Origin: Phoronis australis
Lineage: Eukaryota > Animalia > Phoronida
Reading direction: 5' to 3'
Assembly (NCBI GenBank): GCA_002633005.1
Contig: NMRA01000058.1
Location: 758,735 to 822,734, forward strand
Length of the DNA stretch: 64,000 nt
The position numbers and the translations under genes were made by a program. Shown piece by piece: positions 27,931 to 40,563 of the stretch (within the stretch, counting starts at the first letter, position 1; each line of letters opens with the position of its first letter). The notes under the pieces are model-generated. The model saw nothing but the letters and a program-made list of their open reading frames with translations. It made no database searches and was not told the origin of the DNA.

Positions 27931-29141
27931 TTTTTTATTTCACTATCAAATATCGATTGCGTACTATTTGGAATTGTTATCTTTTTACATGTTAACACTT
28001 TTTAAGTGTATCAGTTGTGGTGTTATCTTTATTTACATTTTATTTACAAATTGTTTCTTTGATCCTGATTATACTTGTACACGCAGTTCTCCAGCAAGTC
28101 ACTAGGTGGCGCTTGATACAAATTTGAATATTCACGGTTTTAATGACATAGCAACTTTAATACCAGTCTTCCCGTGATATAACCATGCATTACTTATGAA
28201 GCACGTGATCACACTAGCTTTGCATGTGAGTGTCTTGTGCTCATTGAAAGGGGTACACCTGGTTTTAGGGCCGACAAACGCATTTTGGGTTATTGTTTTA
28301 CGGGACAACATTTTTGAAGTTATTAGTGTTGACTTGAGCTAACCTAACCCATTGTCCTAGATTGATTCTATTAATAATCTTCAATTCTTGCAATTAACTG
28401 CCAGTCAGTCGAGGAAACCGAGGCCTGCAGTTGCTTGTTACCAAGTGGGTCCAGGGATTTAGTTGCGGACTACGAGCGCTGAGTTCGTGCGATTGATCTA
28501 AACAACATATTTCTCACCAATTACGTCACTGTAACTTGACGTATCTCTCAGATGAATACGTAAATGTCTAGTGGTCTTCCCGTGTCCAAATCGTCCACAA
28601 AAGAAACACAAACACAAACCGCGATTCACATGAACAAAATACAAACGGCACATTTAAAACAAAAAAGGAAAAGTTGACATGGACCTTGTACATAATAAAA
28701 TTTTGGCAAACATCACTTGGTCAGCATTCCTGTTTTTCCACACGCATTTAGATAATTTAACTATCTTGTTCCACTGAGCTCAGTACACTGTAGGCGTTAT
28801 ATTCTTCCAGAATTTTGCATAAAAATGTTATTATTTAGATATTGACGGGTTTAATGAATTTCATGTTTTAATCGAAATTCATAATCGGCGCGCAAAAGAC
28901 CTGTAATTGGCACGTTCGTCATGAGGAATGCCACAAGGGCTGCAACAACAAAATATATCCTCGTCAGCTCTGAAAACTGCATGCCGACGACGCTATTTAA
29001 TAGTTTCCGTGAGGGGGAGGCCCACCTAAATCCGCTTCTGTTAATATTGCGCCGGGTATGTGCCCAATTGAAATTTTCAGCTCTACGAGCACTGGGGACA
29101 TGGGTTTTCAACCTTAGAAATCACTTCATATCCAGGAGGAG

Positions 29142-29690
29142 TTAGTGACTTCGAATCCCCGTCGCGCTATAATACACAGTGTCTGTATTGCCACGTTTCT
29201 CTGTCCAGATTAATTTATCGTCTGGTGTATTGAGAAGACTTAAGACGATTATTTTGCGACTAAGGTGGTTAAACGTCGATTTAAGCTCTACAAGCTGCCA
29301 GTAGAGTGAATTTCGTCTGCAAATTAGAGAACTGATTTGAGCATTGTGTGGCATCAAAAATACTTTCATCCAAACCATTACTAGGAAATTTTGACAAAAA
29401 TTACGTTTTACGTACTTGTAGACTGGCATATCCCTGGTTTGGGCTATTCATAGGTCGTAAAATATCATTTTACAAAGGCCAGTGTAAACCACGTGCTAAT
29501 GTTCAAAACATTAACTTTCTTCACGAGTGTATTTGACCTTCCAAAAAAACGCCGTTGCGTTCCTTTGCTTCGTCAACTTGGTTACAGCTGAAGTTCCCCT
29601 GGCTTCCATACAGCCATGGCTACTGTAACTAACCCGCCACGACAAGTAGGACAGTGAGAACCAAACCACGTGTGAAATACCGGAGTTAAG
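29142..29690 (-). pseudogene. Possible decayed secreted Ig-like paralog (intronic)
   Basis: Signal-like LRYFTRGLVLTVLLVVAG* near 29680. The ORF 29429-29142 carries VMVWMK (compare IMIWRC) and KLIWTEKRGNTDTVYYSA (compare LLRIPKVTTEDSGIYTI). Confidence 0.3.
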
Positions 29691-29860
29691 GTTTTGTGTT
29701 AGATTCAGAATTTCGAAATAACGGCACGAGCTTAACGATTTCGATTCTTATGCTGGTGGGGCCTGTCCCCTAACTTGACTTCCTGGGAATCTACATTGTA
29801 AGAATTCAACCTGTGAATTGAGCTGAAGGACAAATGATTTTCGTGTAAACAGGTTTTAAT

Positions 29861-29961
29861 CATGGGCGGCGCAGCACTGAAAAAGAAGTGGGGGCTATAG
29901 CCCCCCTGCCCCCCTGTAGTGCACCGCCCGCTCTCCAGCCCCCTATGGTGAGTCGCCCATG
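29861..29961. mobile_element. MITE of the same family as 15547-15676
   Basis: Starts CATGGGCGGCGCAGCACTGAAAAAGAAGTGGGGGCTA and ends CGCCCATG. No clear TSD. Confidence 0.75.
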
Positions 29962-31848
29962 TAACGTATACGACCTGATAGGAGGTCGCTTGTCTATAAA
30001 TAGAAACTGGATTATGAACGTGGAACACTTTTATGTAACTTTGGCGCTTGCAAAAGTCATATTTCGTCAGAGATATAATGTTTTCGCATTCAACAATCGA
30101 TTAAAGCGGCATTAATATCGCGATTTCTGTCAATTTTTTTATTTAGATAACTAACTGTTACGAAAATCGTCTCTTACTATTATTCCTTACTCAGTGTAGA
30201 AGTGATCTTTGCCGAGACCGTACCAATCTGTTTACTTCTTCAGATCAATCTCACGAAGCTCAGGTCACACCGTGACCCGAACGTTACGAGTTTGTCCTCA
30301 AGCAGTAACAACACACGGTCCGTTCGTTCGACCTGATTTGACTAAGGAACAATTTGAGACCAATTTCATAATGGTAAGAGGGCTAAATCAGAAGTTTTGG
30401 CAGAAAGCTCGGGTTTGATGAGGCTTTAACTGCTTTTTTGTGACACTGGCATCAGTTACAGCTCGCATGAAATTGCACCTCATAGCTTCAGAAAGGTTTG
30501 AGCAAAACGTTGAAGCACGGACAATTCCCCTGTCATTTCATTGTATGTCCTTATTTCAGCTACTGGTTACAGTCTGTCAGTTAAAGTTTGACACTGGTAA
30601 ATGGACAATAATCTAATATATGTATGACGCATTTAAAAATTTATACTCCTGATCTATTGGTCAGAATTTTCCATGCCAGAAAAGCGTCACGTGCACCGGG
30701 TAGAATTACAGTGCATTATGGTCACTTATAATGATTATGACGCAATAACGAGACAGGAGTGAGTTCGAATATTGTTATAAAATTGGATTTTCTGATACAC
30801 CTGTCAAAATGTCTCGAAGGATATAGAATAATCTACTATGGTTCTCAATTAACACCATTGTGTCAGAACAATTTCTTCATAGACAGTGACACGTTGGAAC
30901 CGACTGAAAAAATGAAAACCCTCAAAAATCCGAGTTCAGTTTACAACCTGAGGCACTAGAGTAGATTTTGATCTACTCACAATTCATCAGCTTTGTACGT
31001 TTTTCGATCTGGAATCCATGTGAGAATCATGCGGCCTCGTGCATTTGCCTTCGAAAAGTAAATTAACTAATTTCTAGTACAAACGTGGGGACACAGCTGG
31101 GGCAAGCTGGTTACAGTTCATCCGGCTAGAGCGACAATCGAAAAATGAAGTACTTTTGTCATGTGTGTAAAACATCAAACTGGAAGTTAGCGCCCATAAA
31201 CTCGAAAAATTGCTTTTGCAATACACGCATTAATATTGAGACACACTCGTCCAATCAAAACGCTGGGTCATCTTTCTTGGTGGCCAGCCAGTGACCAAAC
31301 GTTTTTATTCAGATTTGAACCAAGGTACTTTCCAGGAGATTCAGAAAAAGACTGTTACGCAACTCTGCACAGTTACCAGACATGCCTTGCCAATGTCTGC
31401 CAAAAAGTCAACGTAATATTTTAATGTGTCCATACGCCCGGATGAAATTTCACAGCTCTTTGTCCGCGACTGCCCCGTCAGAAAAAGGTATGAGGTAACA
31501 CTTCGTTCGCCAGTCTTATCACGTGTCTTTGTGTTTGCGCTAGGAATAATAATACTTGTTCCTAAATGTTTTTGCTTCATAAATTGGTCCCACAGTGAAT
31601 AAGGTATTTGTGAAACGTGTAATATCGTGTTGATATTTTCATACAAAGACGTGTTTGTGTAGCATGTGAGGACCTGTGAGCATCATGGGACTTTATCCGC
31701 CTTACGTCAATTGCAGCAGCAACGAGTTAACAGCCAGCATGGTTCAAACGAGACGTAGTCGAAATTACAAATACTGAAAGCTGACAACATAACACGCTAA
31801 ACGGTGTCAAGTCTTTAAAGTGCTTAATTTATTCTACTCACATTTATT

Positions 31849-32343
31849 TCATGCCACTTTTGACCACAGTTTAAAAATGTTGTTTTGTATACTGGAACTA
31901 ATAGAACTAATAATATCAGTCGAGAAAACACTTGCGACATTTAAATTAAACTCGAAAGACCTTTTGAAACTAAAACCCAGAACTATTAACATTTGTAACC
32001 TATTACTTAGAAGATGATTCTGGTTATCAAATCGCTTGCCTAAACAACTGAATACCCTATTCACCGGAAACAGTAATTGACAGATCCGACAGTTCGGACG
32101 TACCATGCTTCTAATCAAGGTATTATCATCAGTAAAAACGGATTTATGGGTTCAATTACAAAATCTCCCTGCAGTTATCCTCTCTGACGATACAGTATTG
32201 TTGAGGCGGCAGCTATCTGCATTTTCTCGAACAGTTTGGCTTGTGTGTGAAGCAGTCCCCGAAAAAAGTAGCATAAAAACTAGAATCGAAATTTGAAATA
32301 ACGTAGCCAGAAAGGCGACCGTTGAGAAGCCAACCGGGGGCAT
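31849..32343 (-). pseudogene. 165-codon frame with one internal TGA: signal-peptide-like N-terminus and weak similarity to the Ig-like gene
   Basis: Track ORFs 32343-32152 and 32118-31849 are in the same frame. Hydrophobic FQISILVFMLLFSGTASHT; ERITAGRFCN* vs REIIPGKFKND; FEFNLNVASVFSTD vs MDLLLRIPKVTTED. Confidence 0.35.
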
Positions 32344-33971
32344 TGTTTAGTAGACGCAAGACAATCGCGAGAAAAGTTAGTGGATCACGTCCCACGCTTG
32401 AAATGTATTGCGAGATCTCGCGAAAGTCTTCGGTGATATTATTTGTTGGCGAGTATCTTGCGGCTACGTAACGCAACCCGGGCTACTGCCAGTTTCAAGT
32501 CCGCTTCAAGTGTTAGAAGGGGAGAGTTGGAGATGACCGTTGTGGAGGAATCGATGACGACAGATTGACGGGGGCGAAAGTGTCATGTCAAAAGCTGGTC
32601 TCGACAATATATCTTAACTGAGCCAGCGTTGTTGCTGTTACTTTCTCGGTCGATATCAGAAGTGTGTTCCGCAGACGCCAGAAAATCGCCAAAAGATAAA
32701 ATCATGCGAGTGAAAAATGAGCAGACTATGCTCAGGATCTTTTTTGCAAACCCTAGCAAAATGGCGGCCACTCTATGAGGTGACGGAAGTCCACGGCTTC
32801 GAGTTGGGCAAGCGTGGCGCATGCGCACTAGCCTGGTAGAAAACTAAGTAAAGTAAAGAAACCGTTCTTAAGGGACCCAATAATAAAATGCAGTTTTCCC
32901 TTAAAAGAGGGAGTAATAGCTGAAAACGGCGCTTGATAATGATTTTTTCACTCGTTCGTGAAAGTTGAGGCGTTGTTTGGAAGCAGAAACTCTCAAATTA
33001 TTCACAAAGTTAGCTTTTATCCTTAAACCTCGGCTTTGATGACCAGCCGATGCTGAAGAGGTCGGCGAAACATAATTTACCACTGTATTGGCTTTAACTG
33101 CAGTAATTTAAAATACTTTTACTTAGTATGCAGGCTAACGAACAGTATGAATATTGACCCTGAGGTGACGGTTTGCGTTATGTCCTGGTTTCAAAGCTTT
33201 GAGAAAATAGAAATCTTCAACAATTTCTATTACTATATACTAATCGGATAGACAGGCATTTATTATACACCGAAGCCGGGAAAGTTCGATTGGAACATTT
33301 ATCAAGGTTAAAATGCTATCCTACTCTCACAACTAAACTAATCCAATGAACTAATAGGACTGTTGGAAATAATGTGTGCGGTGCAAGCAGTTTTCGACGC
33401 GAGGGTCAGCTATGGGTGTTTTTCTAATCATTTAGAAAGACGAGCACAGGATGAATTCTATTGCGGCCGGCGGATTTGCGGCACGTGACCATCGTTAATA
33501 ACAAACCGGGGATCCAGGCTTCTAATTTGGCAACGCTTGCGAATGAGTTATCTTTTATAAGATCAATGAATGCGTGAAATACCAGACAGGAACGGATAAT
33601 TCATTAGGCCTGTATTTACGATTCGAATTTTGATATCGTTGGATGCTGATTGATTTCGTCGGTAGATCAAAACTGTTGACATAATCAAGGTAATACGATG
33701 AAATGTGGCAATAGGAAATAGTTTTCTCCTAGGCTATGTTATCTTGTGTTCCGAGTCGGTGATAACAAACAGGTACTCGTAAGCCTACTCAAGATTTTGT
33801 AATAAATACTTTATTAGCCTCCCACTTTTTCATTTCATGATGGCAACGGCATTCCAAAATGGTGTCATTTTACACCTAGTAACCGGGGATTTTGAACTGG
33901 GAATCCTGGGAAGATTATCCCGCTAAAGGAGTGGACTGTGTACCTCAGTGTCGGCAATTTGGTTTGATATG

Positions 33972-34138
33972 CAGTGGCGGATCCAGGATTTGGAGTTGGG
34001 GGGGGGGGCAGGGCAGAGTATTAACTAGGATTTTGCCCGTCAGACATTCCCACCCCCGAATTGCCAAATGGAATATGGGAAAATTTTAGGGGGAGGGCAT
34101 GGAGTCTTGCCCCACCCTCCCCCCTAAATCCGCCACTG
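33972..34138. mobile_element. MITE with CAGTGGCGGAT TIRs (hAT-like)
   Basis: CAGTGGCGGATCC...AAATCCGCCACTG with internal G and C tracts. Flanks ATATG / ATGTG fit a 5-bp TSD with one mismatch. Confidence 0.8.
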
Positions 34139-34351
34139 ATGTGGGTATGTTTCAGGCAGTTTTGGAATGGATATTTCATTTGAAATAATCCGTTATCGAT
34201 ACAGACCATTTTTCAAAATCGGGTATCTTGATCGTTAAAGTGGTAATACTGATGTAACTGTCTACACTGGTTATCATAAAAAATCGACAATAGCTCATTA
34301 AAAGGACACGACCCAGCAGTCCACCTGTTGCGTAAGAAAATATTTCCTTAC

Positions 34352-34540
34352 CCTATCGTTCTTGAATTTGCCCGGTATAATCTCTCGGCGAGGCCTCTTG
34401 GCACGATTCTCTCTGTTCTTGCTCCTGTTCTTACGCCCGCCCTTGCCCCGGCGGGAGCGGCGTTTCCCTGCTTCGGCAGACATCAGTTCGAAGGCAGCCA
34501 GTATGGTTAAGCCGACCACCAGGAGAGTACCGACCCTCAT
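34352..34540 (-). CDS. Coding exon 1 of secreted basic Ig-like protein: signal peptide plus basic pro-region
   Basis: Acceptor ttcttatacattacag (exon starts 34554), ATG at 34540, donor AGG|gtaagg in phase 0. Translates MRVGTLLVVGLTILAAFELMSAEA-GKRRSRRGKGGRKNRSKNRENRAKRPRR-EIIPGKFKNDR: hydrophobic core, A-x-A cleavage site, and RPRR furin consensus. Confidence 0.85.
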
Positions 34541-37097
34541 GATGTGTTTTACACCTGTAATGTATAAGAACAGGTGAGAGAACGGCAAGTAATGTGTGGC
34601 GGGCTCTCTTGAAGGTCGATGGATGGAGAGGGAATTCCCTCATAGAAGGAATTGGTGTAGAAACATGTCGCTAACTCAGGTGGGTATTTTACCCAGCCTG
34701 GTACATCGTTTCTGATGGTGGATTTTTTGGCACTACGACATTGTCTCAAGTTCGTAATTTGGCATTGCGGTAATGTCACTGCTTTGCATTGGATACGTTG
34801 AATGTTGCGGTTGCCATGTTGGTGATCAATCAGATTTGAGAGATGAACATGTAGGCTACCCATTAAGTACAGAACGCGAAGCGTCTTGAAATACAACAGT
34901 GTAGCTTGAAATAATTGTAAAAATGCGGAACTTGAAAACGGAAAGATGCAAAAACCGGTTAGACATTCAGGGCCCGCTGTTACACGTACACAAGGATCTC
35001 TGCATCGGCGGCGGATTTAGCAATGAACTCACTTTGGCACTTTTGTGAAAAGGAGCAAAAGTTTCATTTAAATGAAATTGGCTGGGCTGTATAAAACTTT
35101 CAAAGTTATCTAGTAGATAAGCCTGGTTGTTGCACCGTGTCAACAGCATTGTTCAACAATGATAGGGTGACACGCCATAGGGTGGCGCTATTGTTCTCCT
35201 GCGTATCAATTGCTTGCCAGCAAGTGCATGCAACAGTTCTTTATTGACAAAACATCGCAACTTTCATTCATCCAAATAATACAGGACATCATAATTGATA
35301 CTTGAGAACTTGTACGATTCGGTTCCACTGTAAGCGACCATTTGTTGCCCGTGGTCATGTATAATCACACTGTCCTTTCAAACAGTGAACACCGGGCTAA
35401 AAATTAGACTGGCTGCGATGTTGCGATGTCTCCGGAACGAAACTGGGTAAAATAGTATTAAAACTATCATCCTAACAAGTATGATATATGATGCCATCCG
35501 TGTGAACAGGATATCTGCGATTTGAAACAAACTACAAAATCAGAAAAAAATTGTATCATGTTCCTATGGGTTGTCGACCCAACTAGTTGTTTAGTTAAAA
35601 TCAGTTTGTCTTAACCAACCGTTTGATACAGGCCGCCGAGTTACAAGATTTTTCTCATGTTGCGTTTACGGTATATTACTGAATAGGCGTGTTTCTAAAA
35701 GACTTCATACAGGTAGAATGGTGACTCTTACGCTTACTAAAACTCGCGAAAGTTTGAAAGAAGCTGTTTTTTATGCCAACTGACTTGTCTTTTGGCTACA
35801 TGGCTTTGCATTTTAATTTTGTATAGCCTACTATTTTTTAAACAATGCGCTGATAATAGACATCTAGTTGATGCACCCAAGCAAATTCGACTTCGATACC
35901 TCTGGTGAAAACGTCGGGTACAGCAATCGATGCTTTGTTGCAAAATAAGGCATTGGGTATACGAGTACCGATCACATGATTACTTACAGGAACAATATAA
36001 TCATTAAACGAACAACTGTTAAACAGGTATTATTGTGCAACTACCTAACGAACCAATTTGAGTCATTACCACTTGACAGAACATGACGTAATCACATCTT
36101 TAGGGCACAACTTGTGTGGTTTCAGGAAACTAATTGCCAATATGATTCAACAGTGCCACGTACGATTCATGATTATTGGCTCACCAGATTCTCGACTTCT
36201 CACGCTATTCTAAGATCCCACGCGTAGTGTTTTATGCATCAGCAACTAGTATCAAGTTCAAGAGATGTCATGTAGCGTGAAATTATAAAATAATATCCAA
36301 GCATAAATGTATATGCGCTAACTCCATCGACTTGTCAGTTTATTTTTCATCATTGTCTCGTTCTGGGAGCAGAATAAGGCATAATGCGAAGCGGCCTACT
36401 GTTCCCACGGCAAAAAATGTAGTATGTTTCACATACTGTATGGATCATACGCAGTTTACTATTTTTCTCATCAACCGCCAACCCAGTGACTATTGTTTGG
36501 AAAACGATGATGACGACGGTGACAATGACGACTATCTCTGTGCTCATCTATCAGTTGAACATTTGGATTCGATTTCCATTTCAAATTTGATGGCCAGTCA
36601 TGCAGAATAGATATTACCTAACACTTTAATAGCTTTTTAAATGAAACGGTTTATGACAGCAGTCAAAGTTAGTGAGCCCTGACTTGGCAAGGACCGAAAG
36701 TTCGAAAGATTCAATCATTCGCTAAGCAATATCAGTTGTCATTCTAATTATACAACGGTTTATGGTTCCCCTAGGTCTTGCTGTTCTGATTTGTTGTAAT
36801 GAAAATCTTTGAGAACTGGACACAATCGTACCCTGGAATTAACGACGGCGGAACATTTATGCATAATTCGAGGATAAAAATGCTCGCTACAGTTACGGAA
36901 ACAACACTACAGTAACGGATCACAAATGCAGCCGAACTACTTTTATTTTACATGTGTTCAGCATGCTATATGGGCATAATGTAAGGAACCCCAGATTACC
37001 ATTAATAACAAGTTAAAAAGAAAACGATAGGAATTTTATAAATTGAGTCTTTCACCAAAACAAGTTATCCACGAAGCCGAATAAGACGGTAACTTAC

Positions 37098-37340
37098 CTT
37101 AGATTTGAAGCTTTAAGTAAACAAATCTTTCTTGTATCCTAAAATGTCACAGTGGTTTACAGATAGACCAATAATTTAATCCCTTTATCCGTAGATGAAT
37201 ACACGCAAACGTATACAACTGAATATACGAAGCTGTTATTCTTCACTGGGAGGTTTACGCAAGGCCAATAACTTATGAGAGGCGTGCAGTGTAGGAATAC
37301 AATGAACACATTGCGCATGTACCGGCATGACTGGCCAATC
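37098..37340 (-). promoter_or_regulatory. Putative promoter and non-coding first exon (about 37220-37098) of the Ig-like gene
   Basis: Consensus donor AAG|gtaagt at 37098/37097, Inr TCAGTT at 37222-37217, and CCAAT motifs near 37265 and 37335. The acceptor at 34554 requires an upstream exon. Confidence 0.5.
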
Positions 37341-38439
37341 CTCAGGAGCAGACGATACGGAACCAATTTGGCGAAACGAATCTGTGGTATTCCTACGAAC
37401 AGCTTCCAGAATAAAGAAACTAGAGTCTACTTGCTACGTGATTATTTCTTCCTTGGTTTTCTTAAAAATGCAAAGTGAGGGTGATAGACCCTGTTTGTTT
37501 AAGGCAAAGAAGTTGAAGGTGCATCACCAGATATTAAGCACTTCAACTTTTAAAAAAATCAACACTGAACTATGCTTATTTTGAAAAAATGCTATAATGT
37601 TGAAAGTTCTTAACTCTTCAATAATTAGTGAGAATTAAAATTTGTTTTAGAAATAAAGCAGAAGAGCAGAAGTGTCTTTAATGCGGCTCGAACCATGTTG
37701 GTAGCTAAAATTTAAATGTAAGTAGTCATTCTTAAGGCATCTTCGTGAAAAACGGGATTTTCCATGGATTTAAAAGTGTTTTTCTTTTCGTTTCAATTAA
37801 AAAAAGAACAACAATCGGTCAAACACTCCTGACTAGCAAATAAAATGTGACATCTTGACCTCAACATCGATTTTGCGTATATTCTGAATAGAGCAATCAT
37901 TGACAAATAATTACATTCAAAAGGCCAATAATCATCATTACTTAATTAACAATTAAGCCCCGACTCACTTTAATTTTAATTTAAGTGTTCGTTCAAAGAG
38001 GGCCACGTACCGGGACACGTACATGTACAAGTAACAGCAAGTACTTATACTATAAAGTGAAATTACTGAGAATGACGTCACTGATATGCATTTTTTCGAT
38101 TCGTGTAAAAATATCAATTGTCTGATTACAGGTGAGACATCGTTAATGTCATAAAAATATCCTTCTCTCAGTGTAAGCGTGTATCATCAAGTAGTGACCG
38201 TGACCTCAAGTCTTTCACTGCAAACAAGGTAAGTGCAAAAATGTTTCTGGAGCAGTGGGGGCCACATGATCTTTACTTCACAACGACAAGGGGCCTCAAC
38301 ACTCCGTTTGTCTCAACGAACAGTAACCCTCAATTAAAGGAATGTTATCGGTTTTAAGGACATAAACGGGAATTTTTGGGATTTTGGGATTATTGCCGAA
38401 TGCGATAGACTTCGTATAGATTACACCAGTTTAAAATAA

Positions 38440-38797
38440 AAAAATACGTTGTTTTTTCTGTGATTTCATTGCAAATCGATAATTATCGCTGTTGTCTGCC
38501 AGACAATCGCTGAAATCAAGACCGGCCATTACACCAGGTAGATACAATGAAAATTGTCATTAACCGGTTGAGATTTAGGTCCGATAAAAGAGTTAGACAT
38601 CGATCACGACATTTGCAGGTTGGATTCCGCGCAACGGCTTATCTCAGAAATCACCTTTCTCTCGTCGATCATGTTCCTATAGGTTTTGACATCATACCAG
38701 ATCAAGGCTTTGTTAATTGGTCCTGACATTATCCCAAGTGACCTCTGGCTACGTCTAATTACCTCTCGTGAGCCGAAGTAATTCCGATTTGTACAAT
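38440..38797 (-). pseudogene. Possible decayed V-like Ig exon
   Basis: Acceptor tgcttttctcag, phase 1, with ALIWYD in frame. With a 1-nt shift, WCNGRLDFSDCLADNSDNYRFAMKSQ has the same W-to-Y spacing as WMDLLLRIPKVTTEDSGIYTIKVKGQ. Confidence 0.3.
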
Positions 38798-40291
38798 CTG
38801 AGAAAAGCACTAGGGGACATGCAATCATTTCGAAAACACCAACTGTAATGCACTTCTTCAGGATTTTGTTCTCACTTTCTTGGAGTAATATTACTTGTTG
38901 TAGTGAAATCGTTCACGTGAGCGGCTCAGGCGAGCGTTCCGCCCAATGCGAGAATCTCGCGAAAACGCAAGACTCCGCGAGACATCGCAACGTATTACAA
39001 GAGAAGTGAGTTCTTCCCTACCACGGTAACGTGTTAGTCTACAAGACACTTTGATACGATAAATTCTAAGACTCGTACGTGTAGAAAAGGCCCAAATACT
39101 TTTAATCCACTCATCACTTTGCACAATAGGCGAATTTCTGCACCTTCCACGCAAATCATTCTGTGGCAGATGAACAAGGAAACACTTTGTAACGTCTCGA
39201 GGGTGATTGTGTGTAATAGCTTGTCACCGTTCTATAGTTAGAACATAATGAAAACAGTATACGGACCACCGCCGAACAGTTGTGTATTGTACGCCCAAGA
39301 TGTTCAACATATGAAAACAATGCTTATAATTCATTCACAGCCCAAATGGCGCGAAACCGCCGAATAGACGTCTGCTGGGCCGTCTGTTTCTTGCTTGTAG
39401 TGACAAAAAATATCAAAAAATCCAACTATTGTTTAGTGAGAGCTGTAGAATAACAACGATGTAAAATTCCTAATTCTTTCCGTTGTACTTTGTGTTAAAT
39501 GAGAAACACCGTAAATAGAAAGTATTCCATTTTGTAAACTTCACGCGGAACGACAAGCCACGCAATTAGCTGAGACTTAGTTCTTGTGCCCTTAGGCTCC
39601 GAGAGATTGATTCCACAGAACGAACAACGCACAATACAGGCGATTAACTATATAGCAAAGAGTTTGACGCCATAAACTTGACAGATAAATTCAATCTTCG
39701 CTAAGTTTATCCCGCTTAGTTCTTTTAAAGAGGTACAATCCAAGCGTCTCAGTAACATTGAAAGTACCGCGACGGGCCTTCACCGTCACGTAAACACTGT
39801 TTGGTTAAACTAATCGAGCACACGATAATTCAAGGCGACATTTTTTATATTAATAAAGCACTTACTATTCAAATGAACAAAAGGTGACCCCTGTATCAGG
39901 CACACGTAACTTGCATGGAATGATACATATCTTCAGTCGCTGACCTTTACTTTTACTGGAAAAAATGTCTTTTAAAAGGCAATTCTTAGACAGGCCATAC
40001 TGTATTAAATCAAAGTAGCCTAGTATTCTCGCAAAAGGTTAGAGATGAAAAGATCTTCAAAACTGGTCCAGCTTGTGATTCCGTGAATTTCCCAACCAAA
40101 GTAAAAGCCTTTTCCTACCCACATACAAATGTACTTTTCTAGTGACAGGCTTGAAAGGCATCACCAAAATTATTCAGCTTGTTGTCGGCAAATAGTTGAA
40201 ATCACTTGTTAAAATCACAAACGTGGACGAATTTTGGGGATTTCAATGGAGAGTATCGGCTGTTGGCGTTGTCACTAGTATATTAACTTAC

Positions 40292-40563
40292 GGCTGTAGT
40301 TACAGTACTGCCGGGGAAAGGACAGAAACTTATAATATAAGTTTCGGGAAAATATTCGCTCGGGGGAAGGGTGAATGTGTTGGTTGAAAAGTTAGGGGGT
40401 GAAAGTAGGGATGACCCACACTGATATTGAAGACAACTCTGATAGAAGGGAGGGAGGGTCAAAGTGTTGACGATCGGTTGAAGGTCAGCAGCGTAATCGG
40501 ACAATATTCACTCAACACCATCCAGCACTCCATGTAACGTCTAGACAACGAACCAGATAACAT
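40292..40563 (-). pseudogene. Decayed exon resembling the Ig-like domain
   Basis: Acceptor ttttgttcag, donor gtaagt, two in-frame stops. LPPFYQSCLQYQCGSSLLSPPNFSTNT aligns without gaps to FPHFYRGRFFYKWMDLLLRIPKVTTED (8/27 identical). The start DVIW..RCLD (across a frameshift) resembles DIMIWRCRD. Confidence 0.45.

Noticed and set aside
32152-32154. Internal TGA as selenocysteine
   Set aside because: No recognisable SECIS element or redox motif. A nonsense mutation or chance is simpler.
9245-40563. Pseudo-V segments as gene-conversion donors or a somatic rearrangement system
   Set aside because: No nucleotide-level identity tracts with the intact gene and no shared recombination-signal-like flanks were visible. 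Ordinary duplication and decay is sufficient.
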